Shown: positions 41,330 to 52,339, counted from the stretch's first letter. The stretch is DNA of 64,000 bases from an uncultured Candidatus Saccharibacteria bacterium (GCA_964551495.1 CAZKCA010000004.1:15439-79438); one strand, 5' to 3'. Program-made: numbers and translations. The notes: generated from the letters alone by a model not told the origin.

Positions 41330-41881
41330 TTATATAAAATCTATTTGCCTTTGAGAAACAGTTGTTTGTAAGCTAAAAGATGATCTGGTGTCCAAATCTG
41401 GACCTGAATGACCTCTAATTAAAATTATTACTCTCGGTTGGTTTAAATTTCCTGGATAAACAGAAGACCCGAACACCCAAAAGGTTAGATCTTCTACTGT
41501 TATATCTGGAGATGTTACATAATAATCAACTCCAGCATCATTTCTTACAATTCTTCCTCCAGATAAACTATAAGTAACCTGTGTTCCTGTCTGAGATAAA
41601 AGGGTTAAAGAAGAAGCTCCTCCAGCACAATCCATTGGCTGACTTAAAACACCAGTAGTACCACAGTGGTAATTTACCCCAAACCTAATTTGTCTGGTCA
41701 TACCTTCTAAAGAAGAATTTAGGTTATCCATAACCGCTCTTAAGTTTTGAGACTTACGATTGGCATCCAAAACAGTCAAAATTGATCCCATACATATAAC
41801 CATAACCAAAGTGAAAACTGAGACAGAAACCATAAGTTCAACAAGTGTAAATCCTTTTTTGTTTTTTATATTTTTAAACAT
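41330..41881 (-). CDS. PilW-like minor pilin
   Basis: KGFTLVELMVSV; LE.MTRQIR. Confidence 0.78.
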   Translation of the reverse strand: MFKNIKNKKGFTLVELMVSVSVFTLVMVICMGSILTVLDANRKSQNLRAVMDNLNSSLEGMTRQIRFGVNYHCGTTGVLSQPMDCAGGASSLTLLSQTGTQVTYSLSGGRIVRNDAGVDYYVTSPDITVEDLTFWVFGSSVYPGNLNQPRVIILIRGHSGPDLDTRSSFSLQTTVSQRQIDFI

Positions 41882-41885
41882 AATT

Positions 41886-42491
41886 TTAATCTACTGAAAT
41901 CTGCCCTGTGTTTTCAATATTTATTGTAACAGTATTACCTAGTGGAGACCTCAAAACTATACCTCCTGTTTTGTATAATCCTCCAAAAAATTCATAACCT
42001 GGATTTGTAAATCTTATTTTAGCATCTGGATTAGGTCTTAAAAAGCTTATATTAATACCTATAACACTTGGGTTGACAGGACAATTTGAGGCACCGTTGA
42101 AAGGTGTGCCACAAACCTGACTTACATAGATTCCATTTCTAATTTGTTGTTTAGATATACACTCCCCAACACAATCATTAGTATGATCATATTTTTGATC
42201 ATTATTTAAATCAGCGTACAAATAATAAACAGTTGGATTGCTTATATCAAAATAAATACCATAAGCATTATCAAAATCCTGAGTACCCGAACCAGTTTCC
42301 CTAACGGAAACTCCATAAGCCTGAGACTCTCTTATTGCTATGGCTATTTCCTGGGCAGTAGAAGAAAGAGATAATCTGTCACTAAATTCCCTATAGCCAA
42401 ATAAAACAACAGCACTTATTAAAACAACGATAGCTATGACTATATTCATCTCTATAAGAGTAAATCCTTTTTGGTTAAAATTATTTTTCAT
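41886..42491 (-). CDS. FimT/FimU-like minor pilin
   Basis: KGFTLIE; AQEI...IRESQ. Confidence 0.75.
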   Translation of the reverse strand: MKNNFNQKGFTLIEMNIVIAIVVLISAVVLFGYREFSDRLSLSSTAQEIAIAIRESQAYGVSVRETGSGTQDFDNAYGIYFDISNPTVYYLYADLNNDQKYDHTNDCVGECISKQQIRNGIYVSQVCGTPFNGASNCPVNPSVIGINISFLRPNPDAKIRFTNPGYEFFGGLYKTGGIVLRSPLGNTVTINIENTGQISVD

Positions 42492-42492
42492 A

Positions 42493-43347
42493 CTATAAAA
42501 CTATAAGTGAAATAAACTTTTCTATACTAAATACGTCTATCTGACTAAAAAAGGCAATGAACGTTCCTAAAATTAAAAAAGGAGCAAAAGGAATTTCAGA
42601 TTTCATACCAACAAATTTTCTTTTATTTATTCTATCAAAAATAATCATCCCCACGCTCCACAAAGCTCCTACCCAAAAAGCAAAAATAATAGCTGAAATA
42701 CCAATAGCAAATCCCAAAAGTGCCCCTATACCAAATATCAGTTTTATATCTCCAAAACCAATTAATCTACCTTTTGACATAAGCCATAGTAAATAAAATG
42801 GGATAGAAAGTAAAAACGGAGATAAAGCATCAAAAATATCTATAATGTTTAAATCATTTATTTTGTAGCTTAAAAATAAAATAAGTTTGATTGAGGCAAT
42901 AAATATAAAAAGATAAACCAATCTATCTGGTATAATCATGTGTTTTAAGTCATACAGACCTATGACAACCAAAAGACTGAAGGAAACAATATATGATAAA
43001 AATAAAAATAAAATATAAGGAAAACTGTTTTCAAAAACTGAATTGTAAACTGGCAAATAATAGAGATGTCTAATAACGACGCCAACAAAAAGAAGTCCTA
43101 CCAAAACTTCCACAATAAAATACCTTGGGGATATCTGACTTTTACAAGATCTACATTTGCCTCCCAAAAATAAATAACTAAACAAAGGTATTAGTTCATA
43201 CCATTTAAGTTTTGAAGAACAATGAAAACACTCAGACCTACCGGAAACAATAGGCATACCACTGTTATATCTTAAAGCTACAACATTTAGAAAACTTCCA
43301 ACCAGAGCTCCTAAGAAAAAAACATATAAAAACAGAAAAGTCTCCAT
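42493..43347 (-). CDS. pilD: Prepilin peptidase
   Basis: GSFLNVV..R, RS.C..C...L..YELIP.FSY....GKC..C, DLKHM, GFGD.KL, IPFAPFL. Confidence 0.93.
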   Translation of the reverse strand: METFLFLYVFFLGALVGSFLNVVALRYNSGMPIVSGRSECFHCSSKLKWYELIPLFSYLFLGGKCRSCKSQISPRYFIVEVLVGLLFVGVVIRHLYYLPVYNSVFENSFPYILFLFLSYIVSFSLLVVIGLYDLKHMIIPDRLVYLFIFIASIKLILFLSYKINDLNIIDIFDALSPFLLSIPFYLLWLMSKGRLIGFGDIKLIFGIGALLGFAIGISAIIFAFWVGALWSVGMIIFDRINKRKFVGMKSEIPFAPFLILGTFIAFFSQIDVFSIEKFISLIVL

Positions 43348-43404
43348 GTATATATTATATATGTTTAGAGAGATATTAAAAAATATAATTGGTGATAACT
43401 AGAC

Positions 43405-43435
43405 AACAAAAAACCGGTGATACCGGTCTTTTGTT
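43405..43435 (-). terminator. Terminator after pilin gene
   Basis: AACAAAA..ACCGGT/ACCGGT..TTTTGTT inverted repeat. Confidence 0.6.
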
Positions 43436-43459
43436 AGGTTTAAACCAAGATAATTTGGA

Positions 43460-43882
43460 TTAAGGACAAACTGTAACAGCTCCAGCCGGATTTGTTGTTA
43501 ACAATTTTGATTGACCTGTAGAGTCAACACACCATGAATCTGTTGGTTCTGTTTTTAGTTCTACCCAAGCAGCCCAAGCTGTTGCAGAATCTGCACATCT
43601 TGTAGCCAGTGTTCCAGCAGATCCAGCAGCTGTTATAGCAGCGTTAACAGCATTAGTCACTTGTGTGTTATCACAAACAGTTTCATAACTTCCATTAGCT
43701 CCATCATAAACCAACTCTGCTTGAGCACGAATATTGTTTAGGTTTGATTTAATGGCAGCATCAGCACCTTTACCTCTTGCTGTGTTTAGAGAAGCTAAAA
43801 CGACAGAAGAAAGAATACCGATGATTGCGATAACCACTAGAAGTTCGATAAGTGTGAAACCGCGACTATATGTTTTTTTCAT
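43460..43882 (-). CDS. Type IV pilin (probable major pilin; start 43882)
   Basis: RGFTLIELLVVIAIIGILSSVVLASLN.AR; WCVDS.G; own promoter and terminator. Confidence 0.9.
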   Translation of the reverse strand: MKKTYSRGFTLIELLVVIAIIGILSSVVLASLNTARGKGADAAIKSNLNNIRAQAELVYDGANGSYETVCDNTQVTNAVNAAITAAGSAGTLATRCADSATAWAAWVELKTEPTDSWCVDSTGQSKLLTTNPAGAVTVCP

Positions 43883-44009
43883 AAATAATTTTGTATACAA
43901 ACTTATATAAAAACTGATAATAAAATCCTTTACGGATTGTCGTTTTTTAAACGAATACTTATATTATACTTTAATAATGGCTAGAAAAAAGGTTGCCTGT
44001 GGATAATCA

Positions 44010-44435
44010 CTAAGGGCAGTTTGTTGTAGTCGGAGCAGTATCTGAAAGTCTTGCTACCCCAGAACTGTCTATACACCAATAATCTACACCTGATGATCCA
44101 TTTACCAAGTTTTGACTTTTCAAAGGAGCTGCTGCAGCCCAGTTTGATGTGTTATCAAAGCAAACATCAGAAGTTGTGTTCCCTGCCCCTGTTTGACTTG
44201 CCTCATTCAATGCTCTTGTTACTGTAGTATCAGCACAGACATTATCATACGTCCCACTATCTAAATCATACCTAAGTTCGGCTGAAGCCCTTACTGAATT
44301 TAGGTTTGATTTAACAGCTGCATCTGCGCCTCTTTGTCTAGCCGAGTTTAGAGAAGCCAAAACAACAGAAGAAAGAACTCCTATAATAGCTATAACGACC
44401 AGTAACTCTATCAATGTAAAACCTTTATTTTTCAT
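44010..44435 (-). CDS. Type IV pilin paralog (start 44435)
   Basis: KGFTLIELLVVIAIIGVLSSVVLASLN.AR; WCIDS.G. Confidence 0.9.
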   Translation of the reverse strand: MKNKGFTLIELLVVIAIIGVLSSVVLASLNSARQRGADAAVKSNLNSVRASAELRYDLDSGTYDNVCADTTVTRALNEASQTGAGNTTSDVCFDNTSNWAAAAPLKSQNLVNGSSGVDYWCIDSSGVARLSDTAPTTTNCP

Positions 44436-44460
44436 TTTTGTAAAATAAACTGATAATATT

Positions 44461-45669
44461 TTATACTCCAGCAGAAGCAATGTTATAAATAGGCATAAGA
44501 ACAGAGGCTAGAAGTATTCCTACACCAAGACCCAATGCCACAATCATAATAGGCTCTATCAACCCGACAAGAGTATCTACCGCTGTAGTAACCTCTCTTT
44601 GATAAAACTTGGCTAAAGTTTTTAAAATATTTCCAAGCTCCCCTGTCTCTTCTCCAACTTTTATCATCTGGACCATTATACCTGGAATTTCTTTATACTG
44701 AGCAAAAGCACTAGATAGAGTTCCCCCACTTTTTACATCATATAAAGTTTGATCGATGATTTTTTTATAAACAGCATTATCTACCACCGCTCCTGTAATT
44801 TCCAAGGCTCTAAGTATAGGTATACCAGATATAATCATGGTGTTCATGTTGTCAGCAATCCTAGAAAGATAAAGCTTCCTATACAAATCACCCAAGTAAG
44901 GAATCTGAAGTTTTATTTCATCTAATCGATAAGCACCCTCTTCTGTTTGAGAATACTTCCAGACAAAAAAACCAATTATAACAGCACCTACAGCCATAAA
45001 CACACCGTAGTTCAAAAATAGATTACTTATACCTAAAACGATTTTAGTATAAATAGGGATTTCCTGTCCTGATTCAGTAAGCATGACAGATATTTTTGGA
45101 ATAATAACTGTAAGCATAAGTATCATAACGCCAACAAAAGTTGCAATAACAAAAGCTGGGTAAACTAAGGCATTTTTAGCTTTTGATGTTACTTCATAAG
45201 TCCTATCCAAATAATCAGCAAGATAATTAAAAGTATCATCCAATTTTCCTGATTCTTCTCCCGCTTTGACCATGTTCACATAAAAAGGAGAAAAAGCGTC
45301 TGGATGTTTGGACAAAGCATTTGAAATAGAAGAACCTCCTTGCAAATCATCTGCTATCTGGAATAAATTCTTTTGAAGTAAAGTATTGCTCGATTGTTCA
45401 GCTACCAATCTAAAAATTCTCAAGGCTGAAACTTGAGCTTGGAATAAAGTAGCCATCTGACGAGACAATATAACAATATCTTTATTAGATATTTTATTTA
45501 GAAAAGGAATTTCTATATTAAAAGGTTTTTTCTCTTCTGGAGCTTTTATATCTACTATTATAAGGTTTTGTTTTTGAAGCAAACCTATAGCACTATCAGC
45601 TCCAGGAGCCTCTATTGTTCCTTCTACTTTCTCACCTGTTTGTTTTAAAGCTTTATAAGAATACAGCAT
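44461..45669 (-). CDS. pilC: Type IV pilus platform protein
   Basis: RQMATL, MVKAGEESGKL, AL.YP, M..VGEETGEL, LIEP. Confidence 0.92.
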   Translation of the reverse strand: MLYSYKALKQTGEKVEGTIEAPGADSAIGLLQKQNLIIVDIKAPEEKKPFNIEIPFLNKISNKDIVILSRQMATLFQAQVSALRIFRLVAEQSSNTLLQKNLFQIADDLQGGSSISNALSKHPDAFSPFYVNMVKAGEESGKLDDTFNYLADYLDRTYEVTSKAKNALVYPAFVIATFVGVMILMLTVIIPKISVMLTESGQEIPIYTKIVLGISNLFLNYGVFMAVGAVIIGFFVWKYSQTEEGAYRLDEIKLQIPYLGDLYRKLYLSRIADNMNTMIISGIPILRALEITGAVVDNAVYKKIIDQTLYDVKSGGTLSSAFAQYKEIPGIMVQMIKVGEETGELGNILKTLAKFYQREVTTAVDTLVGLIEPIMIVALGLGVGILLASVLMPIYNIASAGV

Positions 45670-45679
45670 AACTAAATAA

Positions 45680-46747
45680 TTATAACATTCTTTCTAATCC
45701 CCTTGGATTTTGTGAAAACATGTAAGCATTTTCAATAGTTATCTCGCCTTGTCTAACTAGTTCTGTAAGATACCTGTTTAAATCTATCATTCCAAATTCT
45801 GAACCAGTTTCTATAACAGAACCTATTTCATGTATCCTGTTTTCTCTAATCAAGTTGGCTACAGCATTATTGTTTATCAAAAGCTCACATGCTGGTATCA
45901 ATCCTCCAGAAACTCTTGGTATCAATCTTTGAGAAAATATTCCGAGTAAACTTGATGAGAGCTGAACCCTAATTTGGTTTTGTTGTTCTCCTGGAAAAGA
46001 GTCTATTATACGAGCAATGGTTTGAGCAGCATTATTTGTGTGCAATGTAGAAAACACCAAGTGTCCTGTTTCAGCAGCAGTCACAGCTGTAGCTATTGTC
46101 TCAGGATTTCTCATTTCACCTATCATAACCACATCAACATCTTGTCTAAAAAGATCTTTCAAGGCTTGAGCAAAATCTGGTGTATCTTCCCTAACTTCTC
46201 TTTGGTCAACCAAAGATTTTTTATCTTCAAATATATACTCTACAGGATCTTCTATAGTTATTATATGTTCTAATCTTCTTTCATTGACCATATCTATCAT
46301 TGCTGCCAAAGTGGTACTTTTACCTTGCCCTGTAGGACCAACAACCAAGAAAAATCCTTGTTGTTTTGTTGTAAAAGTTTCTAAGATAGAAGGTAGCTTT
46401 AGTTCTTCTAAAGTTTTTATTCTGTTTGAAATAAGACGCATAGCAATACCAACTTTACCTAACTGGAAAAATACATTGATCCTAAACCTTGCATCTTCTT
46501 TATACTGATAAGAAAAATCTATAGCTTTATCATTTAAAAACTTAGCCTTTTTTGGCTCATCCAAAAGCTCCTCCAAAATTCCCTTTATATCATTTTTTGT
46601 TATAACCTCATGTTTAACTATTGGTATTAAAGACCCGGCAACACGGATAATAGGAGCTTTACCTTCAGAAAGATGCAAATCTGAAGCATCTTCTTTCAAA
46701 ACAATTTGTATTAAATTTTCTAAAACTTTTTTATAATCAGCAGTCAT
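45680..46747 (-). CDS. pilT: Pilus retraction ATPase
   Basis: ASDLHL, GPTGQGKSTT, TIEDPVE, AAETGHLVFSTLHT, NLIREN. Confidence 0.93.
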   Translation of the reverse strand: MTADYKKVLENLIQIVLKEDASDLHLSEGKAPIIRVAGSLIPIVKHEVITKNDIKGILEELLDEPKKAKFLNDKAIDFSYQYKEDARFRINVFFQLGKVGIAMRLISNRIKTLEELKLPSILETFTTKQQGFFLVVGPTGQGKSTTLAAMIDMVNERRLEHIITIEDPVEYIFEDKKSLVDQREVREDTPDFAQALKDLFRQDVDVVMIGEMRNPETIATAVTAAETGHLVFSTLHTNNAAQTIARIIDSFPGEQQNQIRVQLSSSLLGIFSQRLIPRVSGGLIPACELLINNNAVANLIRENRIHEIGSVIETGSEFGMIDLNRYLTELVRQGEITIENAYMFSQNPRGLERML

Positions 46748-47137
46748 TTATTTTTTATTATCTTTATAAATAGAAACAACCTGATCAACAACCTCTGAAG
46801 GTATAGTTGTCGCTTTTACAATATAACCAGCAACACCAAGCTCTTTTGCTTTATCCACCTCATCTGGTTGATTTGTAAGCATAACCACAATAGCCTCTGG
46901 GCAAAGTTTTTCTTTTCTAATATTTTCTAAAAGCTCTATACCATCCATTCCTGGCATTATTATATCCAAAACAATTATGTCATACTCCTCTCCTGCTCTT
47001 AGTTTATCTAAAGCATTTATACTGCTTGAAACAACAGTCACATCCAGATCTGCTTTCTTGAATTTCAAAGAATACATATCCAAAAGAAAACTATCGTCAT
47101 CTACAAGCATTATTTTTGTTTTTTCTTTTTCTGTCAT
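46748..47137 (-). CDS. Single-domain response regulator (CheY-like)
   Basis: LVDDD, LDIIMPGMDG, MLTN, GYIVK. Confidence 0.9.
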   Translation of the reverse strand: MTEKEKTKIMLVDDDSFLLDMYSLKFKKADLDVTVVSSSINALDKLRAGEEYDIIVLDIIMPGMDGIELLENIRKEKLCPEAIVVMLTNQPDEVDKAKELGVAGYIVKATTIPSEVVDQVVSIYKDNKK

Positions 47138-47146
47138 ATAAGTTAA

Positions 47147-48910
47147 TTATAACGTATTTACCTCTTCAAAAGGAATTTCCTTGTGCATTGCTTTAAGTAT
47201 TGCATCTTCTTTCATTGAGAGCATTCCCTTTTGTCTAGCCAATTTAGTAATTTCAATTTCTGTAGGATTTTTCAAAACAACACTTTCTAACTCTTTATCC
47301 ATTTCCAGAACCTCCAAAACAGCCAACCTGCCTCTTGTTCCATTTGGACAATCTGAAGTCCCAGAAGCTTCGTAAACAGAATCTGTAAACTCTAATTGAT
47401 TTCTATATTTCTCTGGCAAATCAGCAAATTGTTTCTCTACCATCATTTGTATAGCCCCCTCAACAGGTATAGCCTTACCTGCTCCAGGACAAAGACCTTT
47501 AACAAGTCTCTGAGCAATAGCTAGTATCAGGGTTGGTGCAATAAGATAAGGATCTACACCCATATCTATAAGTCTTGGAATAACTCCAACAGCAGAGTTT
47601 GTGTGAATAGTAGAAAATACCAAGTGTCCTGTAAGAGCCGCTTGTATAGCCAACTGAGCAGTTTCTTTATCTCGAATCTCACCAACCATAATTATATCTG
47701 GATCTTGACGTAGAGTTGTACGAAGTCCTGAGGCAAAAGTATACCCTATCTCTGGTCTTATTTGTGACTGTGAAATACCTTCCATGTTGTACTCAACGGG
47801 ATCTTCCAAAGAAAGAACATTTTGATGTTCTCTATCAAGCTCATTTAGCATGGCATAAAGAGTTGTTGTTTTTCCCGAACCAGTTGGACCAGAAATAAGA
47901 ATTAGTCCATATGGTCTTTCTATTGCTTTATGAATTTTTTCCAAGTTACTTTTAGAAAGACCCAGCTTATCAAGAGGTCTAACTCCTTTTTCCTGATCCA
48001 AAATTCTCATCACAATTTTCTCTCCAAAATACGAAGGAAAAGTAGAGACACGAAAGTCAATTTTCCTACCCTCTATTCTTGCTGTAAAACGACCATCCTG
48101 AGGTTTTCTTTTTTCATCAAGTCTCATATTACAAAGGATTTTTATACGAGCCACAACAGCTGAATGGAGTTTGGAAGGTAGAACCAAACTTGTGTTCATA
48201 ACACCATCTACACGAAATCTAACTTTCACATTTTCTCTCCAGGGTTCTATGTGAATATCGGAAGCGTTTCCATCTGTTGCATATCTCAAAATAGTAGCCA
48301 CAATTTTTGTAACAGGAGCATCTTCATTTATTTTTCCATCTTTCCCACCAGAATCCCCAGAATCCGGAGAATCTCCAGAATCATGACTTTCATCATCATT
48401 ATCATCTCCTTTTTTCTTTTTATTAACTTCTTCCTCTATTTTTAGTTCTGTTTCTAGTTCAGACAACGCCTTAGAAACTTCACCCGTCAAACCCTTGTAT
48501 GAAGAAAATATTTTATTAAAATCTGTTTCAGAAATTAAAAATATCTTAAAAGGCATTTCTAATTTTGCTGAAATAAAATTCAAAGCATCTCTGGCCTCAA
48601 TATTGTCAGGATTAACCATCCCAACCTCCAAAACTCCATCTTCTACACCAATCGGAATAAATTGATAATGAGATGCTGATTCTTCTGGTATGTACTCCAA
48701 AATCTTACCTGGTACATCCTTACCTTCCATGTTTCTTGTTGGTACACCTAAATACTCTCCTTGCACTTCCAAAATATCTGAAGCAGAAAATCCTTTTTGT
48801 ATTAAAACTTGTTCAGGAGTTAAACCAAGTCTAGCAGATTCTTTACTGACCTGTTTTAACTGATCATCTGAAATTTTTCCCTTTTGGAGTAATAGGTTTA
48901 AAATATCCAT
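47147..48910 (-). CDS. pilB: Pilus assembly ATPase
   Basis: ASDIHIEP, PQDGR, GPTGSGKTTTLY, LRQDPDIIMVGEIRD. Confidence 0.93.
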   Translation of the reverse strand: MDILNLLLQKGKISDDQLKQVSKESARLGLTPEQVLIQKGFSASDILEVQGEYLGVPTRNMEGKDVPGKILEYIPEESASHYQFIPIGVEDGVLEVGMVNPDNIEARDALNFISAKLEMPFKIFLISETDFNKIFSSYKGLTGEVSKALSELETELKIEEEVNKKKKGDDNDDESHDSGDSPDSGDSGGKDGKINEDAPVTKIVATILRYATDGNASDIHIEPWRENVKVRFRVDGVMNTSLVLPSKLHSAVVARIKILCNMRLDEKRKPQDGRFTARIEGRKIDFRVSTFPSYFGEKIVMRILDQEKGVRPLDKLGLSKSNLEKIHKAIERPYGLILISGPTGSGKTTTLYAMLNELDREHQNVLSLEDPVEYNMEGISQSQIRPEIGYTFASGLRTTLRQDPDIIMVGEIRDKETAQLAIQAALTGHLVFSTIHTNSAVGVIPRLIDMGVDPYLIAPTLILAIAQRLVKGLCPGAGKAIPVEGAIQMMVEKQFADLPEKYRNQLEFTDSVYEASGTSDCPNGTRGRLAVLEVLEMDKELESVVLKNPTEIEITKLARQKGMLSMKEDAILKAMHKEIPFEEVNTL

Positions 48911-48939
48911 AAACTATATTATTAAAAAAAACAAAATAA

Positions 48940-49233
48940 TTATCTACCGAACTGAGAAAACGGATTGTCTCTACCTTGAATTTCTTGACTCCTAGGTGAC
49001 CCCGGCTCACGAAGGCTTCTAAACAAAGGACTTGAAAAAACAGAGGCATTTATAACTGTCATATCAAATGTTTCAGCTAATTGTATTATATCTTGTGTAG
49101 TCTGGTCAGCTTCCGAGGTTAATTGATCTGTTGGAACAGGCGCACTTTTAAAGAAAGAGTTGTATATTATAAACCCCGCTATTCCAAACATAAATATTGC
49201 TATTGTTGCTTTTTGTGTTTGTGATAATGCCAT
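48940..49233 (-). CDS. Small membrane protein at the PilP position
   Basis: TM plus C-terminal GRDNPF motif; follows pilO. Confidence 0.55.
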   Translation of the reverse strand: MALSQTQKATIAIFMFGIAGFIIYNSFFKSAPVPTDQLTSEADQTTQDIIQLAETFDMTVINASVFSSPLFRSLREPGSPRSQEIQGRDNPFSQFGR

Positions 49234-49237
49234 ATGT

Positions 49238-49795
49238 TTAACGTAAAATATATGTGTTAGCTTCGACCGAAAAATTTAAGACTGATGAATTTTGATCATC
49301 ACTACCGGCAGATATAGAAACTGAATAAACATCTATAATCTGAACATTTGACTCCAGATCTTTCAAAAAACTTATAAACTGAGGATAGGTACTACTAATA
49401 TCAAAGGTTATTCTAACTTTTTTAAAGGGAGATAAGTTAGAATCTTCTAGTTGAGCCTGAGAACTATTTTCTTCTGGTATATTTGAATTAAAAGAATCTA
49501 TAGAGGTATTATATCTTGAAGCTAAATAATTCAAATCATTGACCAAACCTGGACCATCAAAAGTAGGAGGTACAACTTTTTTCATTTTCTCTATATCTTC
49601 TAATGATATAGAATTGTATTGACCAAGCAATTCCTCTCTTTTTTGAGATATATTTTTGGCTTTATCTAATACATCAGCATACTTATTTTTTTCTTCTCTG
49701 GTTAATTGCATTTCTGCATATAAAGGAGAAATATACATATAGTATGCAGCTATACATATGATGATTATAATAAATGGTGTTAAGGTTGATTTCAT
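49238..49795 (-). CDS. pilO: PilO-like protein
   Basis: TM, coiled coil, Y..F..FL..LE...; operon position. Confidence 0.75.
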   Translation of the reverse strand: MKSTLTPFIIIIICIAAYYMYISPLYAEMQLTREEKNKYADVLDKAKNISQKREELLGQYNSISLEDIEKMKKVVPPTFDGPGLVNDLNYLASRYNTSIDSFNSNIPEENSSQAQLEDSNLSPFKKVRITFDISSTYPQFISFLKDLESNVQIIDVYSVSISAGSDDQNSSVLNFSVEANTYILR

Positions 49796-49799
49796 AATT

Positions 49800-50447
49800 T
49801 TATTCCTCTATTAATTCACTCTCATTAACTATGATTTCTGTATTCTCCGAAGAAACAATATTATCTACTAAATTTTTTTCATAAGATAATATACTTTTAT
49901 CTATTATGGCACTAAAATTAGCTTCTACCGCTCCCGATTCTGTTACGATAAAATCTGAAAACTCTGGGTTTATAATAAAACTTTGGTTTTTAAAAATTTC
50001 GGATTGTTGAGCAAAAGCTGCATAACTAGCACCTTGCATAACAATCTCTACTAAAACTTGACCACTTATTTCTGAATAAGAAAATTCAATGAACTGTATT
50101 GGTCTAACTGTTAATGATTGTAGAGAATCAAATAATGCAGATACAGATATGTGGTTTTGTAGTAACTGATTTGTTGATTTAATTGAGTTACTAAAATCAA
50201 TAAGTTCATTTATTGTTTCAGGCTCAAAAGCTTCTCTGGTGTCTGCTATATCCTGCTTCAATCTAACAATTTCATTGTTTAAATTATTTTTATAAAAATA
50301 CAAACCTCCCCAAGCTCCCAACGTAAGAATAAATAGGATAGTTGCTACAGTAGAAAACAAATTAAAAGATTTGACTCTTTTAAAAGAATCTTCTCTTGGA
50401 GATATTGTATTTTTAGGAATGAACGATGTTTGAAATTTAGGTTCCAT
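49800..50447 (-). CDS. pilN: PilN-like protein
   Basis: N-terminal SFIPK motif, TM, coiled coil; operon position. Confidence 0.65.
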   Translation of the reverse strand: MEPKFQTSFIPKNTISPREDSFKRVKSFNLFSTVATILFILTLGAWGGLYFYKNNLNNEIVRLKQDIADTREAFEPETINELIDFSNSIKSTNQLLQNHISVSALFDSLQSLTVRPIQFIEFSYSEISGQVLVEIVMQGASYAAFAQQSEIFKNQSFIINPEFSDFIVTESGAVEANFSAIIDKSILSYEKNLVDNIVSSENTEIIVNESELIEE

Positions 50448-50491
50448 ACTTTACTAAATTATATTACACACAAAAACAAAATGCTATAAAG

Positions 50492-51622
50492 TTATTCCAC
50501 TTCCTGTAACTTTCTCAAGGCTAAACCAACAGCTACAGTAAATTGAGGACCTGTTTGTCTTAAAATATCTTCTAGAAAAGCCGGAGTGACAACTTTTGAA
50601 AAAGGATCTCCGCTTATAACCTCTGTCTGAAAGCTTTTTTGAGCAACATCTTTTATACCAATCAAAGCACTTCCCCCTCCTACCAAAAATATCTTGCTTA
50701 CATTTTTACTGTATTTTTTTTCATAAGCCAGAACAACCCGATTTGCTTCTGAAAATATATAATCTAAAGTCACAGTAATAACATCTTTTATCCCCATATT
50801 TTCTGGAGAAAGAGATAGGCCTTTTTCTCTCTTCATTATTTCAGCTTCAGCAAACGAAATACCTAATGCTTTAGATAAAGCCTGAGTTATATTATAAGAC
50901 CCATTGTTTATCGTATGAGAAGCTCTAAGTATCCCCTTTTCTACTATATAAATTTTAGTCGTCATTGCCCCCATATCCAAAATCATCACAGGAGTAACAT
51001 CTTGATCCAAAACAGACCTCATTGTACTAAATATTTCTATTTCAAAAAAATCAGCCTGCAAACCACTTTGAGTAGTTATTTTTTTATATTTTTCTATAGT
51101 TGAATTATGCAAAGCCACAACCAATACCTCTAATCTTGGTGGTATTGGTCTACCATCTAGACCCATTTTTTGATTTGGATCTGATTCAGGATTTTTATCT
51201 TGTGGAATCAGTGACCAATCTATAACAACTTCAGACATTGGAACCGGGATATACTTCCTGGCTTCAATAGGAACCATATTTGATAATTCTTTAATTGGAA
51301 CCACTGGAAAATCTATAACAGAAACTAAACTGGAGGCAAAAGGGATTGAGAGTCCAGCAACTCTTGATGTTATATTTACTTCTTTTTCAACTAATAAATC
51401 ATTAATTGCCTCTATAACTTTGTCCAAAGGAAGATTTGTTGCCTCTCCTACACTACCTTTTGCATAAGGACCCAAGGAAAGCTCTCCATAAGTCTCTAAG
51501 ATAGCCCTTCCGTTTTTTCTAGAAAGTTGCACAACTTTCAATGAAGATGTACCAATATCTAGACCAATAACACTTGGACTCTGCCTATTAAAAAGCTTGG
51601 TGAAAAAATTCGCCATATTCAT
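50492..51622 (-). CDS. pilM: Type IV pilus assembly protein PilM
   Basis: IGLDIGTSSLKVVQL, EARKYIP, LDMGA..T, LVGGGS, AVGLALR. Confidence 0.92.
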   Translation of the reverse strand: MNMANFFTKLFNRQSPSVIGLDIGTSSLKVVQLSRKNGRAILETYGELSLGPYAKGSVGEATNLPLDKVIEAINDLLVEKEVNITSRVAGLSIPFASSLVSVIDFPVVPIKELSNMVPIEARKYIPVPMSEVVIDWSLIPQDKNPESDPNQKMGLDGRPIPPRLEVLVVALHNSTIEKYKKITTQSGLQADFFEIEIFSTMRSVLDQDVTPVMILDMGAMTTKIYIVEKGILRASHTINNGSYNITQALSKALGISFAEAEIMKREKGLSLSPENMGIKDVITVTLDYIFSEANRVVLAYEKKYSKNVSKIFLVGGGSALIGIKDVAQKSFQTEVISGDPFSKVVTPAFLEDILRQTGPQFTVAVGLALRKLQEVE

Positions 51623-51646
51623 TAATTAGTATACCACAGCATATGG

Positions 51647-52318
51647 TTGTATAATATATATATGTTGAAAAGTATAAAGGATTTTGTATCCAAAGTACTA
51701 GATTCAATCTTCCCAAATAGGTCAGATTTCCAAAAAATAAACTCCTTATCAACAGAAGACATAAACTCTCTACCTAAAGCAGAAAATTTGGAAAAATTTG
51801 ATTGGATTTTTTCTATTTTTAAATACAAAAATGAAATCGTTCGATCGATAATCTGGGAACTTAAATATAGGCAAAATACAAAACCAATAGAATACATAGG
51901 TAAGATAATGTATGACTCGATAATAGCTCAAATATCAGATATGCTTATATTCGACAATGATGCTATTTTTACAATAATACCCGTCCCCATGTATCCCCTA
52001 CGAAAATTTGAAAGAGGTTTTAACCAAAGCGAAATAATAGCAAAAGCAATAATAGCAAATGATAATGAAAGAAAGCTTTTATATGCACCTCAATGGTTAG
52101 AAAAAATAAAAGATACCCAAAAACAAAGTAGAAGTGAAAGTAAAGAAGAAAGATTAAAAAACCTAAAAGATTGTTTTAGGGCAAATCCTAAGGTTAATAA
52201 TTACTATGTTTTTTTAATAGATGACGTAACAACAACTGGTAGTACCCTAATTGAAGCCAAAAAAACCCTGATGGAAGCTGGTGCAAAAGATGTTTTTGGA
52301 TTTACCATAGCTCATTAA
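51647..52318 (+). CDS. comF: ComF family (PRPP-binding) competence protein
   Basis: IIPVP, ERGFNQSE, LIDDVTTTGSTL. Confidence 0.88.
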   Translation: MYNIYMLKSIKDFVSKVLDSIFPNRSDFQKINSLSTEDINSLPKAENLEKFDWIFSIFKYKNEIVRSIIWELKYRQNTKPIEYIGKIMYDSIIAQISDMLIFDNDAIFTIIPVPMYPLRKFERGFNQSEIIAKAIIANDNERKLLYAPQWLEKIKDTQKQSRSESKEERLKNLKDCFRANPKVNNYYVFLIDDVTTTGSTLIEAKKTLMEAGAKDVFGFTIAH

Positions 52319-52339
52319 TATGATAATCTGTTACCTATT

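Noticed and set aside
46748-47137. Response regulator between pilB and pilT as a novelty
   Set aside because: To my knowledge this is a common arrangement in Parcubacteria pil clusters.
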